A stretch of 64,000 nt of DNA from Clostridia bacterium (GTDB lineage Bacteria > Bacillota > Clostridia > Christensenellales > Borkfalkiaceae). The notes under the pieces are model-generated. The model saw only the letters and a program-made list of their open reading frames with translations, was not told the DNA's origin and did no database searches. The DNA lies in the NCBI GenBank assembly GCA_017505465.1, contig JAFVPE010000020.1, positions 11,701 to 75,700 of the forward strand, read 5' to 3'. Positions 37,983 through 48,479 of this stretch are shown one piece after another. Position 1 is the first letter of the stretch. Every line of letters begins with the position of its first letter. The position numbers and the translations under genes are program-made.

Positions 37983-38040
37983 TTATTGTTTTTTGCAATT
38001 TTCTACTGACAGTAGACTGTCTTTTTTTGTCGATTTTCTC

Positions 38041-38898
38041 TTAAAACTGCACCGTTGTTCCGTCGAACGTAGGCAAATATCCGTACTCTTCTTCCGCTTT
38101 TTTAAGTGTTTCCAAGAGCGGATTGTTGTTATGAGAATAGTGCGTAATCGCATATTTTGTATGCTTATCCGCAATGCCACGGCGCAAAAATTCCGTCTGC
38201 ATCGCCTTGTTATCTTCCAAGCCCATATGCCTTGAAACTTCCCCTGCCGTGCGATAAAGGAAGGTACAATCAAAGGTAATGAAATCCACAGCCTTCCCCT
38301 TCTTTTTGAACGCACTTTCCAAAAAATCAAGGGTTTCTATCGGCAATCTGCCCGTATCGGTGAGATGCAAATAGGACGTTTCCCCCTTTTCGATGAGATA
38401 CACAAAAGCCGTTTCCGCTTTGCTATGCTGTGCCAAAAGGGGGATTGCTTGATATTCGTTGTTGTCGCCAAACACAAATGGCTTGAACGCCGAAACAACT
38501 TGCAATCGAATACGGTTTGCAACCTCTTCCCGCATTTCCCTTCTTGTGCATTCTTGAAAGACTTTTGCAACTTCTTCGTTACCGTAAATGGTCAACGGCT
38601 CTTCGATATGGGTGCAATATTTATAGCCGCGCAAAATAAAATCGTGCGCATAGAAATGATCCATATGGCTATGCGTAACGAGCAAATATCGAAGCTTGGA
38701 AAGGTCGACACCAAAGCGCAATGCATGATAATAGGCGTCGGGCGGATAGTCGATTCCCACGGCGTCGTCTATTAAAAATTGTGCGCGCGTATGGTATTCC
38801 TTTTCCCCTCTTTCGCGGAGCTCCCTGCACACGTCGCATTGACAAAATACGGCGGGCGCACCTTCCGCCGCGCCCGTACCTAAAAATTGAAGCTTCAT
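38041..38898 (-). CDS. MBL-fold metallo-hydrolase
   Basis: HxHxDH motif (VTHSHMDHF) plus downstream His/Asp ligands. Confidence 0.8.
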   Translation of the reverse strand: MKLQFLGTGAAEGAPAVFCQCDVCRELRERGEKEYHTRAQFLIDDAVGIDYPPDAYYHALRFGVDLSKLRYLLVTHSHMDHFYAHDFILRGYKYCTHIEEPLTIYGNEEVAKVFQECTRREMREEVANRIRLQVVSAFKPFVFGDNNEYQAIPLLAQHSKAETAFVYLIEKGETSYLHLTDTGRLPIETLDFLESAFKKKGKAVDFITFDCTFLYRTAGEVSRHMGLEDNKAMQTEFLRRGIADKHTKYAITHYSHNNNPLLETLKKAEEEYGYLPTFDGTTVQF

Positions 38899-39080
38899 AA
38901 TTTCCTTTTCTTTTTCCGCTTCATGCGGAATACATATAGATTGCTATTACTGCGCAACTTGCGTTGCGGGAATGTCTTGCGACATAGTGCGCAACCTATC
39001 GGTTGCTTTTAAGTGTTTTTTTGTGGACTCTGCCCATACCCGCAAGGAACTGAGTTCCTTGACTTCCTATGGAAACAGCT

Positions 39081-39518
39081 TTAGATTTCCAACAAAATCG
39101 TTACGGGGCCGTCGTTGTGTTGCTCGATTTGCATATCCGCGCCGAATACACCCTTTTTGACCATGATGCCGTAGTTGGCAAGCTCTTTTACTGCGAATTC
39201 ATACAAAGGCTCCGCCTTTTCAGGGCGCTCCGCAAGCGTAAAGCTCGGTCTATTTCCGTGCGACGCATCGCCGTAAAGCGTGAATTGCGACACGAGTAAA
39301 ACTTCGCCGCCGACGTCCTTCACCGACAAATTCATCTTGCCGTTTTCGTCTTCAAAGATACGCAAGCCTGCCACCTTTTTCGCAATATACGCCGCTTCCT
39401 TCTCCGTATCCCCCGTCTTTACACCAAGAAATACCGTCAAGCCGAAGGGAATTTCCGAAATCAATTCCCCATCCACGCGCAACGTTGTTTTTTTGACTCT
39501 TTGCACAACCGCTCTCAT
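39081..39518 (-). CDS. dtd: D-aminoacyl-tRNA deacylase
   Basis: MRAVVQRV..SQFTLYGD..GNRPSF motifs; 145 aa. Confidence 0.95.
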   Translation of the reverse strand: MRAVVQRVKKTTLRVDGELISEIPFGLTVFLGVKTGDTEKEAAYIAKKVAGLRIFEDENGKMNLSVKDVGGEVLLVSQFTLYGDASHGNRPSFTLAERPEKAEPLYEFAVKELANYGIMVKKGVFGADMQIEQHNDGPVTILLEI

Positions 39519-39533
39519 TTTTCACCTCATAAC

Positions 39534-39563
39534 AAACAGCAGGATACGGATATCCTGCTGTTT
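39534..39563. terminator. Intrinsic terminator after efp (bidirectional hairpin)
   Basis: AAACAGCAGGATA-CGGA-TATCCTGCTGTTT: a perfect 10-bp CAGCAGGATA/TATCCTGCTG core extended by AAA/TTT, with T-rich flanks. Confidence 0.65.
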
Positions 39564-39587
39564 GATTTCTTTCAATTTATCCGTGGA

Positions 39588-40151
39588 TTAAACGCGGCTC
39601 ATGTATTCGCCCGTTCTCGTATCGATACGGATCGTTTCGCCTTCTTCAACGAACATAGGAACTTGAATGGTTGCGCCCGTTTCTACCTTTGCGTTCTTCA
39701 TAACATTGGTAGCGGTGTTGCCCTTAACGCCGGGTTCCGCTTCGATAACCTTAAGTTCAACGAAGTTTTCAGGTTCTACAGAGAATGCCTTACCGTAAAG
39801 GAACTTCACGGTAACCATATCGTTTTCTTTGATGTACTTCAATGCGTCTTCAACCTGATCGAAGGTAAGGTTTTCTTGGTTCCATTCTTCGTCTACGAAT
39901 ACGTAGAATTCGCCGTCGAAGTAGGAATAGGTCATCTTCTTCGTTTCTACCTGCGCCGTTTCAAGCTTCGTGGTAGGGTTGAACGTTTCGTTGGACAATA
40001 CCTGACCCGTAACTACGTTCTTCAACGTGCATCTTACGAATGCCGCGCCCTTACCGGGTTTTACGTGTTGGAATTCGGTAACGGTATAAACGCCGCTCTT
40101 ATACTCGAAAGTAACGCCTTTACGAATGTCGCCTGCCAAAATCTGTGCCAT
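39588..40151 (-). CDS. efp: Elongation factor P
   Basis: Full-length match to the EF-P pattern ([14 protein letters not shown], three OB/KOW domains). Confidence 0.95.
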   Translation of the reverse strand: MAQILAGDIRKGVTFEYKSGVYTVTEFQHVKPGKGAAFVRCTLKNVVTGQVLSNETFNPTTKLETAQVETKKMTYSYFDGEFYVFVDEEWNQENLTFDQVEDALKYIKENDMVTVKFLYGKAFSVEPENFVELKVIEAEPGVKGNTATNVMKNAKVETGATIQVPMFVEEGETIRIDTRTGEYMSRV

Positions 40152-40191
40152 ACAATTTTTCTCCTTATATGCAAATATAATTTTTTTCTTT

Positions 40192-41247
40192 TTATAAAAT
40201 GAGAAGGTTTCTATCCGTTTTGGACATAAAACTCTTCACTTTTCCGTCTTTCAAAGTAACCGTATCTTCAATACGGATACCGTATTTCCCTGCTTCATAC
40301 ACGCCCGGCTCGTCCGAAAAAACCATCCCGTCTACAAGCTTGCTTTCCCCCCTTGGACTCACCGAAGGAAATTCGTGAACGTTCAATCCGATGCCGTGCC
40401 CCAACGAGTGGGTGAACAATTCGCCGTAGCCGTCCTCTTTCAAGGAATCTCTCGCAATCGCATCCGCTTCCTTGCCCGTCATACCCGACGCAATCTTCGC
40501 CTTCGCAAGCTCGTGCGCTTTCAAAACGCTCGCGTACGCTTTTTTGAATTCCTCGTGTTTTCCGTCGTCGCCAAAAAGGAAGGTCCTCGTACAATCGGAG
40601 CAATATCCATCGACCTTGCAACCAAAGTCAATCAAAATTTCGTCGCCGAATTTGAGCTTTGTCGTCCCCGTTTCGTGATGGGGAACTGCGGCGTGCGCGC
40701 CGAACGCAACAATCGTTTCAAAGGACAACCCTTGTGCGCCAAGCTTACGCATATTGTATTCGAGCAAAGCCGCAACTTCCGTTTCCGTCATACCCTCTTT
40801 AATTTCGGGCAAGAGCATATTAAACGCGTCTTCGGCAATCTCACAAGCCTTTGCAATACGTTCAAGCTCCCATTCATTCTTCACGGACATCGCTTCGGCG
40901 TAAGCCTTGTCGATATTTTCAAACTTCACGCCTGCTTTTTCAAGCGCAAGATACTCCGAATGGGTGGTTTGATCAAAGGAAATACCCACGCTCTTATAAG
41001 ATGCAAGCCGCTCTTTCAGCTTGTCCTGCTTATACAACACGGGAGTTACGTCCGTACCCGCAAGCAGCTTTTCCGCCGCTTCCATATACCGCATATCCGT
41101 GTAGAGGGTTACGCCCGTTTCGTCCACGATAGCGCAACCGTTCTCGGGCTCAATTCCCGTGAGATAGCGAAGCTGATACAAGCAAGAAGTATATACGGCT
41201 TCACAGCCCGATAATTGCAATATCTTTTTTCCGTTCGTGAACAGCAT
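40192..41247 (-). CDS. Xaa-Pro aminopeptidase (M24B family)
   Basis: Metal ligands in [25 protein letters not shown] and EPGVY. Conserved position upstream of efp. Confidence 0.9.
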   Translation of the reverse strand: MLFTNGKKILQLSGCEAVYTSCLYQLRYLTGIEPENGCAIVDETGVTLYTDMRYMEAAEKLLAGTDVTPVLYKQDKLKERLASYKSVGISFDQTTHSEYLALEKAGVKFENIDKAYAEAMSVKNEWELERIAKACEIAEDAFNMLLPEIKEGMTETEVAALLEYNMRKLGAQGLSFETIVAFGAHAAVPHHETGTTKLKFGDEILIDFGCKVDGYCSDCTRTFLFGDDGKHEEFKKAYASVLKAHELAKAKIASGMTGKEADAIARDSLKEDGYGELFTHSLGHGIGLNVHEFPSVSPRGESKLVDGMVFSDEPGVYEAGKYGIRIEDTVTLKDGKVKSFMSKTDRNLLIL

Positions 41248-41266
41248 ATTCTACCTCTTATTGTAT

Positions 41267-41295
41267 ATTTTAGCAAAAAATTTCCCTTTCGTCAA
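41267..41295 (-). promoter_or_regulatory. Candidate sigma-A promoter for the peptidase-efp unit
   Basis: On the minus strand: TTGACG (41295-41290), 17-nt spacer, TAAAAT (41272-41267). Confidence 0.5.
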
Positions 41296-41311
41296 GTAGT
41301 AGGCGATAATT

Positions 41312-42157
41312 TTATACGTTAAAGTAAACTTTTTTCATATATTCCGCTTCTTCCGCTTGCATTCCCGCTGATTCACTGACGATATACGGTTCGAGCTTCA
41401 ACTCTTTAAGCGCTACCGCAAGCGGTTCAAATTCCGGTCCGTAAACGGTATCGTCGAAGGTCAAATGCTTAACTTCCCCCTTCGCAGAGTACATAATTTT
41501 CGAGAAATGGGCATGAAAATGTTTCATCCTCTCATAGCCGAGTTCGTCAATCATGTACTGCAAACGGCTCTTGTAATCTTCCACCGTTTTGAGCGAGCCT
41601 TGCTCTCTTGCGTTGATATGCCCAAAGTCAATACAGGGCGTAAACACGGAATCAATCTTACAAAAGCGAGTAATCTCTTCCACCGTACCAATCTGCGCGA
41701 GCTTGCCCATCGTTTCGGGGCAGAATATCAAATCCTGCATATCGTTCAAATAGATATAATCGCGAAGAATTTTCAAGCGTTCTTCCGTGAGTGCAACCGC
41801 TTCTTCACGCGTCGCCTTTCCTTGCGCGGCAGGGTGGAAAACTACGCGCTTACCGCCCATTAATTTGAGCATTTTCGCACTGTCCAATACGTAACCGTAG
41901 GACTTCGCCGCCATTTCGTCGTCGGGATTGGCAAAGTTAATGAAATAGGGTGCATGGACGGAAATTTCCACCCCCTCGTTCGCGAATGCCTCGCCGATGG
42001 AAATTGCCTTATCCTCGGACATTCTTACCCCTCTGCCAAAGGAGTACTCGAAGCAGTCCAAACCGCGTTTTTTTACGAACGCCGCCGATTCTTCCGTATG
42101 CGAAAAGCCTTCCGCATAAAAGCTTTCACAGTTGCCGCTGGGTCCAAATTTAATCAT
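41312..42157 (-). CDS. Endonuclease IV-like TIM-barrel protein (AP endonuclease family 2)
   Basis: Metal-ligand pattern VHAPYFINF, FHPA, CPETMG, CIDFGH, HAHFS. Confidence 0.65.
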   Translation of the reverse strand: MIKFGPSGNCESFYAEGFSHTEESAAFVKKRGLDCFEYSFGRGVRMSEDKAISIGEAFANEGVEISVHAPYFINFANPDDEMAAKSYGYVLDSAKMLKLMGGKRVVFHPAAQGKATREEAVALTEERLKILRDYIYLNDMQDLIFCPETMGKLAQIGTVEEITRFCKIDSVFTPCIDFGHINAREQGSLKTVEDYKSRLQYMIDELGYERMKHFHAHFSKIMYSAKGEVKHLTFDDTVYGPEFEPLAVALKELKLEPYIVSESAGMQAEEAEYMKKVYFNV

Positions 42158-43232
42158 AATTCTCCCCTCTGAATTTTTTATCTATCGTACACATTTTTTT
42201 GTAAATTTTATCCGCCATAAGCGCAAAGCCGTAATCGGTGGGATGAAAACCGTCCACGGCAAAATTTTCAGGATGCCGTTTTCCATAAAAGCTTTTTCCC
42301 GAAAGGAAATATACGTTGTTATCCCCCTCTTTTTTCGCTTTTAGATACGTGGAACGAATAATTTTTAAACGTTCTTCCCCTTCCTTGTCTCTTGTAATGT
42401 CGGGACGGGATATAAACAAAATAGGTGTATTCGGTTGCGCCGCTCTAAACTGCTTATACAACGGATAATGCGTATCCTTCAAATATGCCGCCGTCGGTGC
42501 GTTATGGTCGTAATCGCATACGAAAAGAGAGCATTTAATCCCCGCAAGATATTTCACCATCGCCGGCTCTGCTTTTGCTCCACCGCTAAAACCAAGGCTA
42601 ATGAAGTCTATCCTATTCCGTTTGCAGATAACCCCTTGATAGGTATTGTCGGGACGAGAAGCGCAGCCCCCTTGCGTGATGGACGAGCCATAATAAAGTA
42701 TCGGCGCAATATCTCGATAGGGATTGAGCTTTTTAACCATAGCCCCTTCCGTCAAGCCAACCGTCAAGCTGTCTATGCGATTATACAACGGGAAATATAA
42801 AACGTAATTACGCATATCCCCGGTCAATTGTGCCATAGCTGTAAAGCCTTGTTTATCGGAATGCAACGCCCCGAGATTTGCCACAAATTTTTCGCCCTGC
42901 TCCGTCGTTTCAAACAAGGAAAATCCGCAAGCGCCGCTCAACGGCATATGCGCCATTTCCCAAAAATTGCTATACGTTGCGGTGATTTCCAAAACCTTGG
43001 AATCCGTGGAAAAGCACATTCTGCCACCCGACGTATGGCGAGAAAGAACCTCTACCCCCTCGCTAACCGAGCGCGCATATTCTGGGCTCAATCGTACAAA
43101 CCCTTGCGCCTTTTCATCATACTCTATGCCGTATAAAGAAAAACACGGCGAAGGGATGGAATATAACGTTTTCCCCTCTTTTGTGATAGGTTTCTGCCTA
43201 GCAAAATTTTTATCTACCTTTTCAATTTCCAT
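42150..43232 (-). CDS. SGNH/GDSL-family hydrolase with an N-terminal beta domain
   Basis: Block I YYGSSITQGG and block V DGFHPTD. Confidence 0.75.
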   Translation of the reverse strand: MEIEKVDKNFARQKPITKEGKTLYSIPSPCFSLYGIEYDEKAQGFVRLSPEYARSVSEGVEVLSRHTSGGRMCFSTDSKVLEITATYSNFWEMAHMPLSGACGFSLFETTEQGEKFVANLGALHSDKQGFTAMAQLTGDMRNYVLYFPLYNRIDSLTVGLTEGAMVKKLNPYRDIAPILYYGSSITQGGCASRPDNTYQGVICKRNRIDFISLGFSGGAKAEPAMVKYLAGIKCSLFVCDYDHNAPTAAYLKDTHYPLYKQFRAAQPNTPILFISRPDITRDKEGEERLKIIRSTYLKAKKEGDNNVYFLSGKSFYGKRHPENFAVDGFHPTDYGFALMADKIYKKMCTIDKKFRGENYD

Positions 43233-43236
43233 AAAA

Positions 43237-44106
43237 TTACTCCCCCATCGTTAACCGAAGAATGTCTTTTTGTAGCTGCGTTTTGAGTTCTTCCACGCTT
43301 TGAAATTTTTGAATATCACGCAAATAGCGCACAAAGCGAATCTCTAACGTTTGTCCGTACAAGTCGCCGTGAAAGCCCTCGAAATAGGTTTCCGTAACCA
43401 CTTTTTCGTTTCCAAAAGTCGGCCGCGCGCCGTAGTTGGTAATCCCCTTGTATTCCTTGCCGTCAACAAGCGCATACGTTTCGTACACGCCGAGTTTTAA
43501 GGGAAATTTCTCACTTGGATAGCAAATATTTGCCGTCGGGAAACCGATTGTCCGTCCAACTTGGCGGTCTTTTTCCACCTTGCCGACAAGGAAAAACGGC
43601 TCGCTGAGTAAAGCGTTCGCACATTCAACGTCGCCGCTCGCAAGCAAGCCTTTTATCGTGCGAGAGCTGACCTTTTCACCCTCTTTTTCGACAAGCGGAA
43701 GAACTTCAACGCGTACACGGGTGGCTTGTTTTATCGCTTCGGGCGTTCCAACCGCCCCTTTCCCAAAACGGAAGTCCTCCCCACAAACAAAGAGTTTGGG
43801 GTTAAATTCCGCAATCAATTTCCGCAAAAATTCTTCGGGGGAAAGATCTTTAATCTCTTCAAACGGTAGCTCGAAAACAAAATCAGCGCCGCTATTTTTG
43901 AAAATACTTTCACGTTCCGCAAAGGTAAAAAGGCTACCGTCCGTTTTACCGCCGACAATCGTCATAAGGCCTACGGGAAAACCACTCTCTTTTGCACACG
44001 CCAAAAGTTGACGGTGTCCGATATGCAAACCGTCAAAGCCGCCGAGCAACATCGCACAGCCGTTTGTAATATCCGTATTTTCCGTTAGCCAAACCGTCTT
44101 TAACAT
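43237..44106 (-). CDS. ribF: Bifunctional riboflavin kinase / FMN adenylyltransferase
   Basis: GGFDGLHIGH at the N-terminus. C-terminal kinase motifs GFPTAN and GITNYGARPTF. Confidence 0.9.
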   Translation of the reverse strand: MLKTVWLTENTDITNGCAMLLGGFDGLHIGHRQLLACAKESGFPVGLMTIVGGKTDGSLFTFAERESIFKNSGADFVFELPFEEIKDLSPEEFLRKLIAEFNPKLFVCGEDFRFGKGAVGTPEAIKQATRVRVEVLPLVEKEGEKVSSRTIKGLLASGDVECANALLSEPFFLVGKVEKDRQVGRTIGFPTANICYPSEKFPLKLGVYETYALVDGKEYKGITNYGARPTFGNEKVVTETYFEGFHGDLYGQTLEIRFVRYLRDIQKFQSVEELKTQLQKDILRLTMGE

Positions 44107-44987
44107 AACTTGATCTTCGCCTTTGCCAAGCCTTTTTCTACTTCCGCAACGCCGTAGAATTGCCCTTCCACGAAGAGTTTATACAATCCGTCCTCTTGCG
44201 TCGCTGTTACGCGTTGTCCGTTCAATAATTTTTGCGTTTGCGCTTCCGTTACCGATAAGCAATCGAAAGGCAACACCGTTTCGGTAGGAATAATCAAGCT
44301 TTCAAGCTCTTCGATGCTTGGATCTTTTTCCAACACGGAAAAATCCACCGCATCGGGGAGCAAAAAGCGACCGCTTTGCGTGCGATTTAATGCGCTCATC
44401 ACCGCTTTCGTGCCAAGCGCTTCCGCAATATCCCTTGCAAGCGATCGAATGTAAGTACCGCCGCCGCAACGAATTTTTATTTGGAAGGTATCTTCCTTAT
44501 TTTCCACCCGTCCCAAAAGCTCCATACCATAGATATGCACCTTTTTTGGCGGCAATTCAAACTCTATCCCTGCACGAGCAAGATCGTAGCCCCTTTTCCC
44601 GTTAACGTTCTTGGCGCTGTACTTGGGCGGCACTTGCATAATGTCGCCGAAAAAGGTGGGCAAAACCGTCTCAATTTCCTTTTCGCTGGGTACATGCCCC
44701 CCATAAACGAGCGTTCCCGTACTGTCGAGCGTGTCTGAATCTACCCCAAAAGTGAACTCCGCAACGTACTCCTTTTCCTTATCCAAAAAGTAGTCGAAAA
44801 GTCTTGTTGCGTTCCCTACTCCGACGGGCAAAACGCCGCTTGCAAGCGGATCGAGCGTACCCATATGTCCACAGGGTGCGCCCGTCAACCATTTGAGCTT
44901 GTTAACGACCGTCGAAGATACAATCCCCGACGGTTTATTGACGTTAAAAAAGCCGAATTGTTTGATTTTAGGTTCTTTTTTTGCCAT
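44100..44987 (-). CDS. truB: tRNA pseudouridine(55) synthase
   Basis: GHMGTLDPLASGVLPV catalytic Asp motif and a PUA-like C-terminus. The ATG overlaps the pheT stop (TAATG). Confidence 0.95.
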   Translation of the reverse strand: MAKKEPKIKQFGFFNVNKPSGIVSSTVVNKLKWLTGAPCGHMGTLDPLASGVLPVGVGNATRLFDYFLDKEKEYVAEFTFGVDSDTLDSTGTLVYGGHVPSEKEIETVLPTFFGDIMQVPPKYSAKNVNGKRGYDLARAGIEFELPPKKVHIYGMELLGRVENKEDTFQIKIRCGGGTYIRSLARDIAEALGTKAVMSALNRTQSGRFLLPDAVDFSVLEKDPSIEELESLIIPTETVLPFDCLSVTEAQTQKLLNGQRVTATQEDGLYKLFVEGQFYGVAEVEKGLAKAKIKLC

Positions 44988-47419
44988 TATCTAAGTTCTA
45001 TACCAAGCTTAAATTTGAGATTGCCGAGAATCTTCTTCACATAGCCGTCCAACGTTTCGGGCGTGAACGCTTTTTCCGTTTGTGCGTCGGGCGTGAACGT
45101 GAGGGTGAACGCCATACTCTTCTTACCTGCAGGCACTTGACCGCCGCGATATACGTCGAAAAGCTTTGCTTCCGTCACGTATTTGCAGGAGTGCATCAAC
45201 ACTTCTTCCACTTCTGCGCAGGTGAGTTTTTCGTCCGCAAGGAGCGCAAGGTCACGCTTAACCGCAGGGAATTTCGGCAAGTTCTTGTAACGGATTCGAT
45301 CGTCCAATTCAATCGCTTCGAGATCGAGCTCGCCAAGGTAAACCTTCTTATCCAAGCCGAGCGAAAGCGCAATGGAAGGATCGAGCTCGCCAATCACACC
45401 GACGATTTTGCCGTTCAAAATCACGTTTGCGGAAACGCCGGGGTGCAAATAGGTTTTTTCCGCTCTTTCATAGGTAAACGCCGAGTGGAATACTTCGCCA
45501 ATGCGTTCCACTGCCCCCTTCATATCGAAGAAATCGTTTTTACCTCCCCAAATACCAAGCACAAGATGCTTGCGTTCTTCGGGTTGTTCGCTTGCCGCCG
45601 TATTACGAGGCATATACACGTTCGCCATCTCGAATTCTCTGCCCTCGTCGTTACCGCGGCGAATGTTTCTAACCGCATTCATAAGCATCGAAGGCGCAAG
45701 GAAGGTACGCATAACGGAAAGTTCTTCGCTGATGGGATTGAGAATACGCACGGCGTTTCTCTCTGCCGCATCTTCGGGGAGTTTCATCAAGTCGAAATCC
45801 TTGGGCGAATAGAAGGAATAGTTATACGCTTCCAAGAAGCCTTGCGTGCAAAGAAGGTTTTTCAAGTGCAATTCCCTCTTTTGTTCGTCAGTCAAGCCGC
45901 CACCCGTAACTCTTGCTTGGTCAAGGAAGGTAGGAACGATATGTTCATAACCGTACATACGGATAATTTCTTCCGCAAGGTCGGGATAACCGTCCACGTC
46001 GTCACGATAGCCGGGAACGACTACCTTCAACGTATCGCCGTCAATTTCAGGTTGAAAATTCAGTCTTTCCAAAATGCCAACAATTTCTTCGTTGGGAACG
46101 GTGATTCCAAGAAGTGCATTGATTTTCGCTACGCTTGCCGTCATCTTACGAGGAGCAAGGTCTGCCGCACAAACGTCTTCGCAAAGCTCCGTCACCTTGC
46201 CGCAACCGAGCTCTTCAATCAAATGCAACGCTCTGTCCATACCAAGCGCATTGGTGTATGCGTCCACACCCTTTTCAAAACGAGAAGACGAATCGGACGA
46301 TTGACCGAGCGCACGAGACGTCTTTCTCACGTTATCACGAGCGAACTTTGCCGATTCGAAGAATACGTTTTTGGTCGTATCCTTGATTTCGCTATTCAAA
46401 CCGCCCATGATACCTGCGAGTGCAACGGGTTTCGTACCGTCGCAAATCACAAGATTATCCGTCGTAAGCGTGAATTCCTTTTCGTCGAGCGTAACGATTT
46501 TTTCGCCGTTTGTTGCTCTGCGTACGATAATCTTTCTACCACCGATATCGTCGGCGTCGAACGCGTGCATCGGCTGCCCCATTTCAAGGAGCACGAAGTT
46601 CGTGATGTCGACGATGGGCGAAATGGAACGGATACCCGAAAGCGCAAGGCGCTTTCTCATCCAAGCGGGCGAAACGCCGCCCTGCACGTCCTCCACGTAA
46701 TGCCCAACGTAACGGGGGCAAAGGTCGGGCGCTTGTACTTCCACTTTGACAGGCGCAGCCGACGTCTTATGCGCCGTGTAGGAAAAATCAGGCACTTTAA
46801 AGGGCTTTTTAAGCACCGCTGCAACCTCGCGTGCGATACCCAAAATACATTGACAGTCGGGACGGTTTGCCGTAATGGAAATGTCGAAAATCCAATCGTC
46901 AAGTCCAACGATTTTCTTAATATCTTCGCCCACGGGTGCGTCCTTTGCAAGGTCGAGCAAACCGTTCACTTCCGCGCCGGGATAGAAATCGTCGTTGATG
47001 CCGAGCTCTTCACCCGAACAAAGCATCCCAAAGGATTCTACGCCACGGAGCTTACCCTTTTTAATCTTTTTGATCCCATCGGGATTCTTTTCAAGCATGG
47101 CAGGATTGCTTTCCACAACCGTGGAGTTGTCGAGTGCGCAAGGGGTTTTCATGCCCACGTAAACGTTGGGCGCACCCGTTACAATTTGAATTTCTCTACC
47201 ATATTCTTCACCGCAGTCCACTACGCAAATTTGCATATGGTCACTGTCGGGATGGGGCGTGAGCGCCTTGACTTCGCCAACCACAACGCGGTTGATTTTT
47301 GCGCCAAGATAGGAAAGTTCTTCTACTTCAAAGCCGCAGGAAAAGAGCTTTTCCGCAAGCTCTTGTGCGGTAACGTCTATATCTACGTAATCCTTTAACC
47401 AACTGAAAGGTGCTTTCAT
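44987..47419 (-). CDS. pheT: Phenylalanine--tRNA ligase beta subunit
   Basis: 810 aa. MKAPFSWLKDYV start; tRNA-binding, B3/4, B5 and FDX-ACB domains in order. Confidence 0.95.
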   Translation of the reverse strand: MKAPFSWLKDYVDIDVTAQELAEKLFSCGFEVEELSYLGAKINRVVVGEVKALTPHPDSDHMQICVVDCGEEYGREIQIVTGAPNVYVGMKTPCALDNSTVVESNPAMLEKNPDGIKKIKKGKLRGVESFGMLCSGEELGINDDFYPGAEVNGLLDLAKDAPVGEDIKKIVGLDDWIFDISITANRPDCQCILGIAREVAAVLKKPFKVPDFSYTAHKTSAAPVKVEVQAPDLCPRYVGHYVEDVQGGVSPAWMRKRLALSGIRSISPIVDITNFVLLEMGQPMHAFDADDIGGRKIIVRRATNGEKIVTLDEKEFTLTTDNLVICDGTKPVALAGIMGGLNSEIKDTTKNVFFESAKFARDNVRKTSRALGQSSDSSSRFEKGVDAYTNALGMDRALHLIEELGCGKVTELCEDVCAADLAPRKMTASVAKINALLGITVPNEEIVGILERLNFQPEIDGDTLKVVVPGYRDDVDGYPDLAEEIIRMYGYEHIVPTFLDQARVTGGGLTDEQKRELHLKNLLCTQGFLEAYNYSFYSPKDFDLMKLPEDAAERNAVRILNPISEELSVMRTFLAPSMLMNAVRNIRRGNDEGREFEMANVYMPRNTAASEQPEERKHLVLGIWGGKNDFFDMKGAVERIGEVFHSAFTYERAEKTYLHPGVSANVILNGKIVGVIGELDPSIALSLGLDKKVYLGELDLEAIELDDRIRYKNLPKFPAVKRDLALLADEKLTCAEVEEVLMHSCKYVTEAKLFDVYRGGQVPAGKKSMAFTLTFTPDAQTEKAFTPETLDGYVKKILGNLKFKLGIELR

Positions 47420-47434
47420 ACTCTTTTCCTCCTC

Positions 47435-48448
47435 TTAATCCGTAAACTGCTCTAAGAAACGGGTATCGTTCTCGAACAGCGTCTTGATGTTATTAATGCC
47501 GTATTTGAGCATAGCGATACGTTCTACGCCCATACCGAATGCAAAGCCGGTGTATTCGTCAGGATCAACACCGCAGTTTTCAAGTACCCTACGGTTTACC
47601 ATACCTGCGCCGAGAACCTCGATCCAGCCCGTGCCCTTACAAAGACGGCAACCCTTACCGCCGCATTCCGAACAGCTCAAATCGACTTCAACGCTCGGTT
47701 CGGTGAACGGGAAATAGGAAGGACGGAGTCTTACTTTCGTCGAGGAAGTGAACATCTTTTTTGCAAACTCCGCAAGCATACCTTGCAAGTCGCAAAGGGT
47801 AATCCCCTTATCCACGACAAGCCCTTCCATTTGGTGGAACATCGGCGAGTGCGTAGCGTCGTCGTCCGAACGGAATACTCTGCCGGGCGAAAGAATTTTA
47901 ATGGGCGGCGCGTCCTTTTCCATAACGCGGATTTGCCCTGCGGACGTCTGCGTGCGGAGCAATAAATTATCCGCAAGATAGAAGGTATCCTGCATATCTC
48001 TTGCAGGGTGATCCTTGGGGGTATTGAGCGCAGTGAAATTGTAGTAATCCGTTTCAATTTCAGGGCCTTCGAATACCTTGAACCCCATACCTGCGAAAAT
48101 ATCGATAAGCTCGTTCTTCACAAGCGTAATGGGATGCAAAGCACCCCCTTTATACGCCTTACCGGGCATCGTGATATCGATGCGTTCTTCAGCGTATTTC
48201 TTTTCCATTTCCATTTGACGTACGACTGCCGCGCGCGCTTCAAACTTGGATTCCATATCCTGCTTGAACTCGTTGACAACCTTACCGAACACGGGACGAT
48301 CTTCTTTTGCAAGATCCTTCATCCCACTCATAATCCCTTTAAGTTCGGTTTGGAACTTTACTTTCAATTCGTAAAGCGCCCTGCCCGTTTCCGTCTGCCC
48401 CATCGCCGCGGTTATTTCCGAGCGCAAGGCTTCGATTTTTTCTTTCAT
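47435..48448 (-). CDS. pheS: Phenylalanine--tRNA ligase alpha subunit
   Basis: Class II motifs ([30 protein letters not shown]) with a Cys-rich insert ([12 protein letters not shown]). Confidence 0.95.
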   Translation of the reverse strand: MKEKIEALRSEITAAMGQTETGRALYELKVKFQTELKGIMSGMKDLAKEDRPVFGKVVNEFKQDMESKFEARAAVVRQMEMEKKYAEERIDITMPGKAYKGGALHPITLVKNELIDIFAGMGFKVFEGPEIETDYYNFTALNTPKDHPARDMQDTFYLADNLLLRTQTSAGQIRVMEKDAPPIKILSPGRVFRSDDDATHSPMFHQMEGLVVDKGITLCDLQGMLAEFAKKMFTSSTKVRLRPSYFPFTEPSVEVDLSCSECGGKGCRLCKGTGWIEVLGAGMVNRRVLENCGVDPDEYTGFAFGMGVERIAMLKYGINNIKTLFENDTRFLEQFTD

Positions 48449-48479
48449 ATTTTGCCTCCGTTTTTAACGTTTGATTTTC

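Noticed and set aside
37983-38330. A 115-aa minus-strand ORF overlapping the 3-prime end of the MBL gene. Similar cases are 3601-3999 and 800-1150.
   Set aside because: These are out-of-frame overlaps with well-supported genes or they span terminators. They give basic low-complexity translations and have no SD.
43705-43720. A 16-nt exact match (TTCAACGCGTACACGG) inside ribF to the 28-bp repeat.
   Set aside because: Roughly one or two chance 16-mer matches are expected in a 64-kb window when both strands are counted. This one lies in-frame in conserved coding sequence and does not extend further.
44981-47398. An 805-aa plus-strand ORF, plus similar long ORFs at 11844-13247, 15010-16464, 17746-19047, 22747-23874, 25749-26771 and 59794-60972.
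   Set aside because: Each lies entirely antisense to a strongly supported housekeeping gene (pheT, infB, nusA/rimP, the PolC-like gene, rarA, the DAHP synthase gene, clpC). Each translates to Arg/His/Phe-rich low-complexity sequence with no recognisable motif and has no SD. These are mirror ORFs produced by codon bias on the coding strand.
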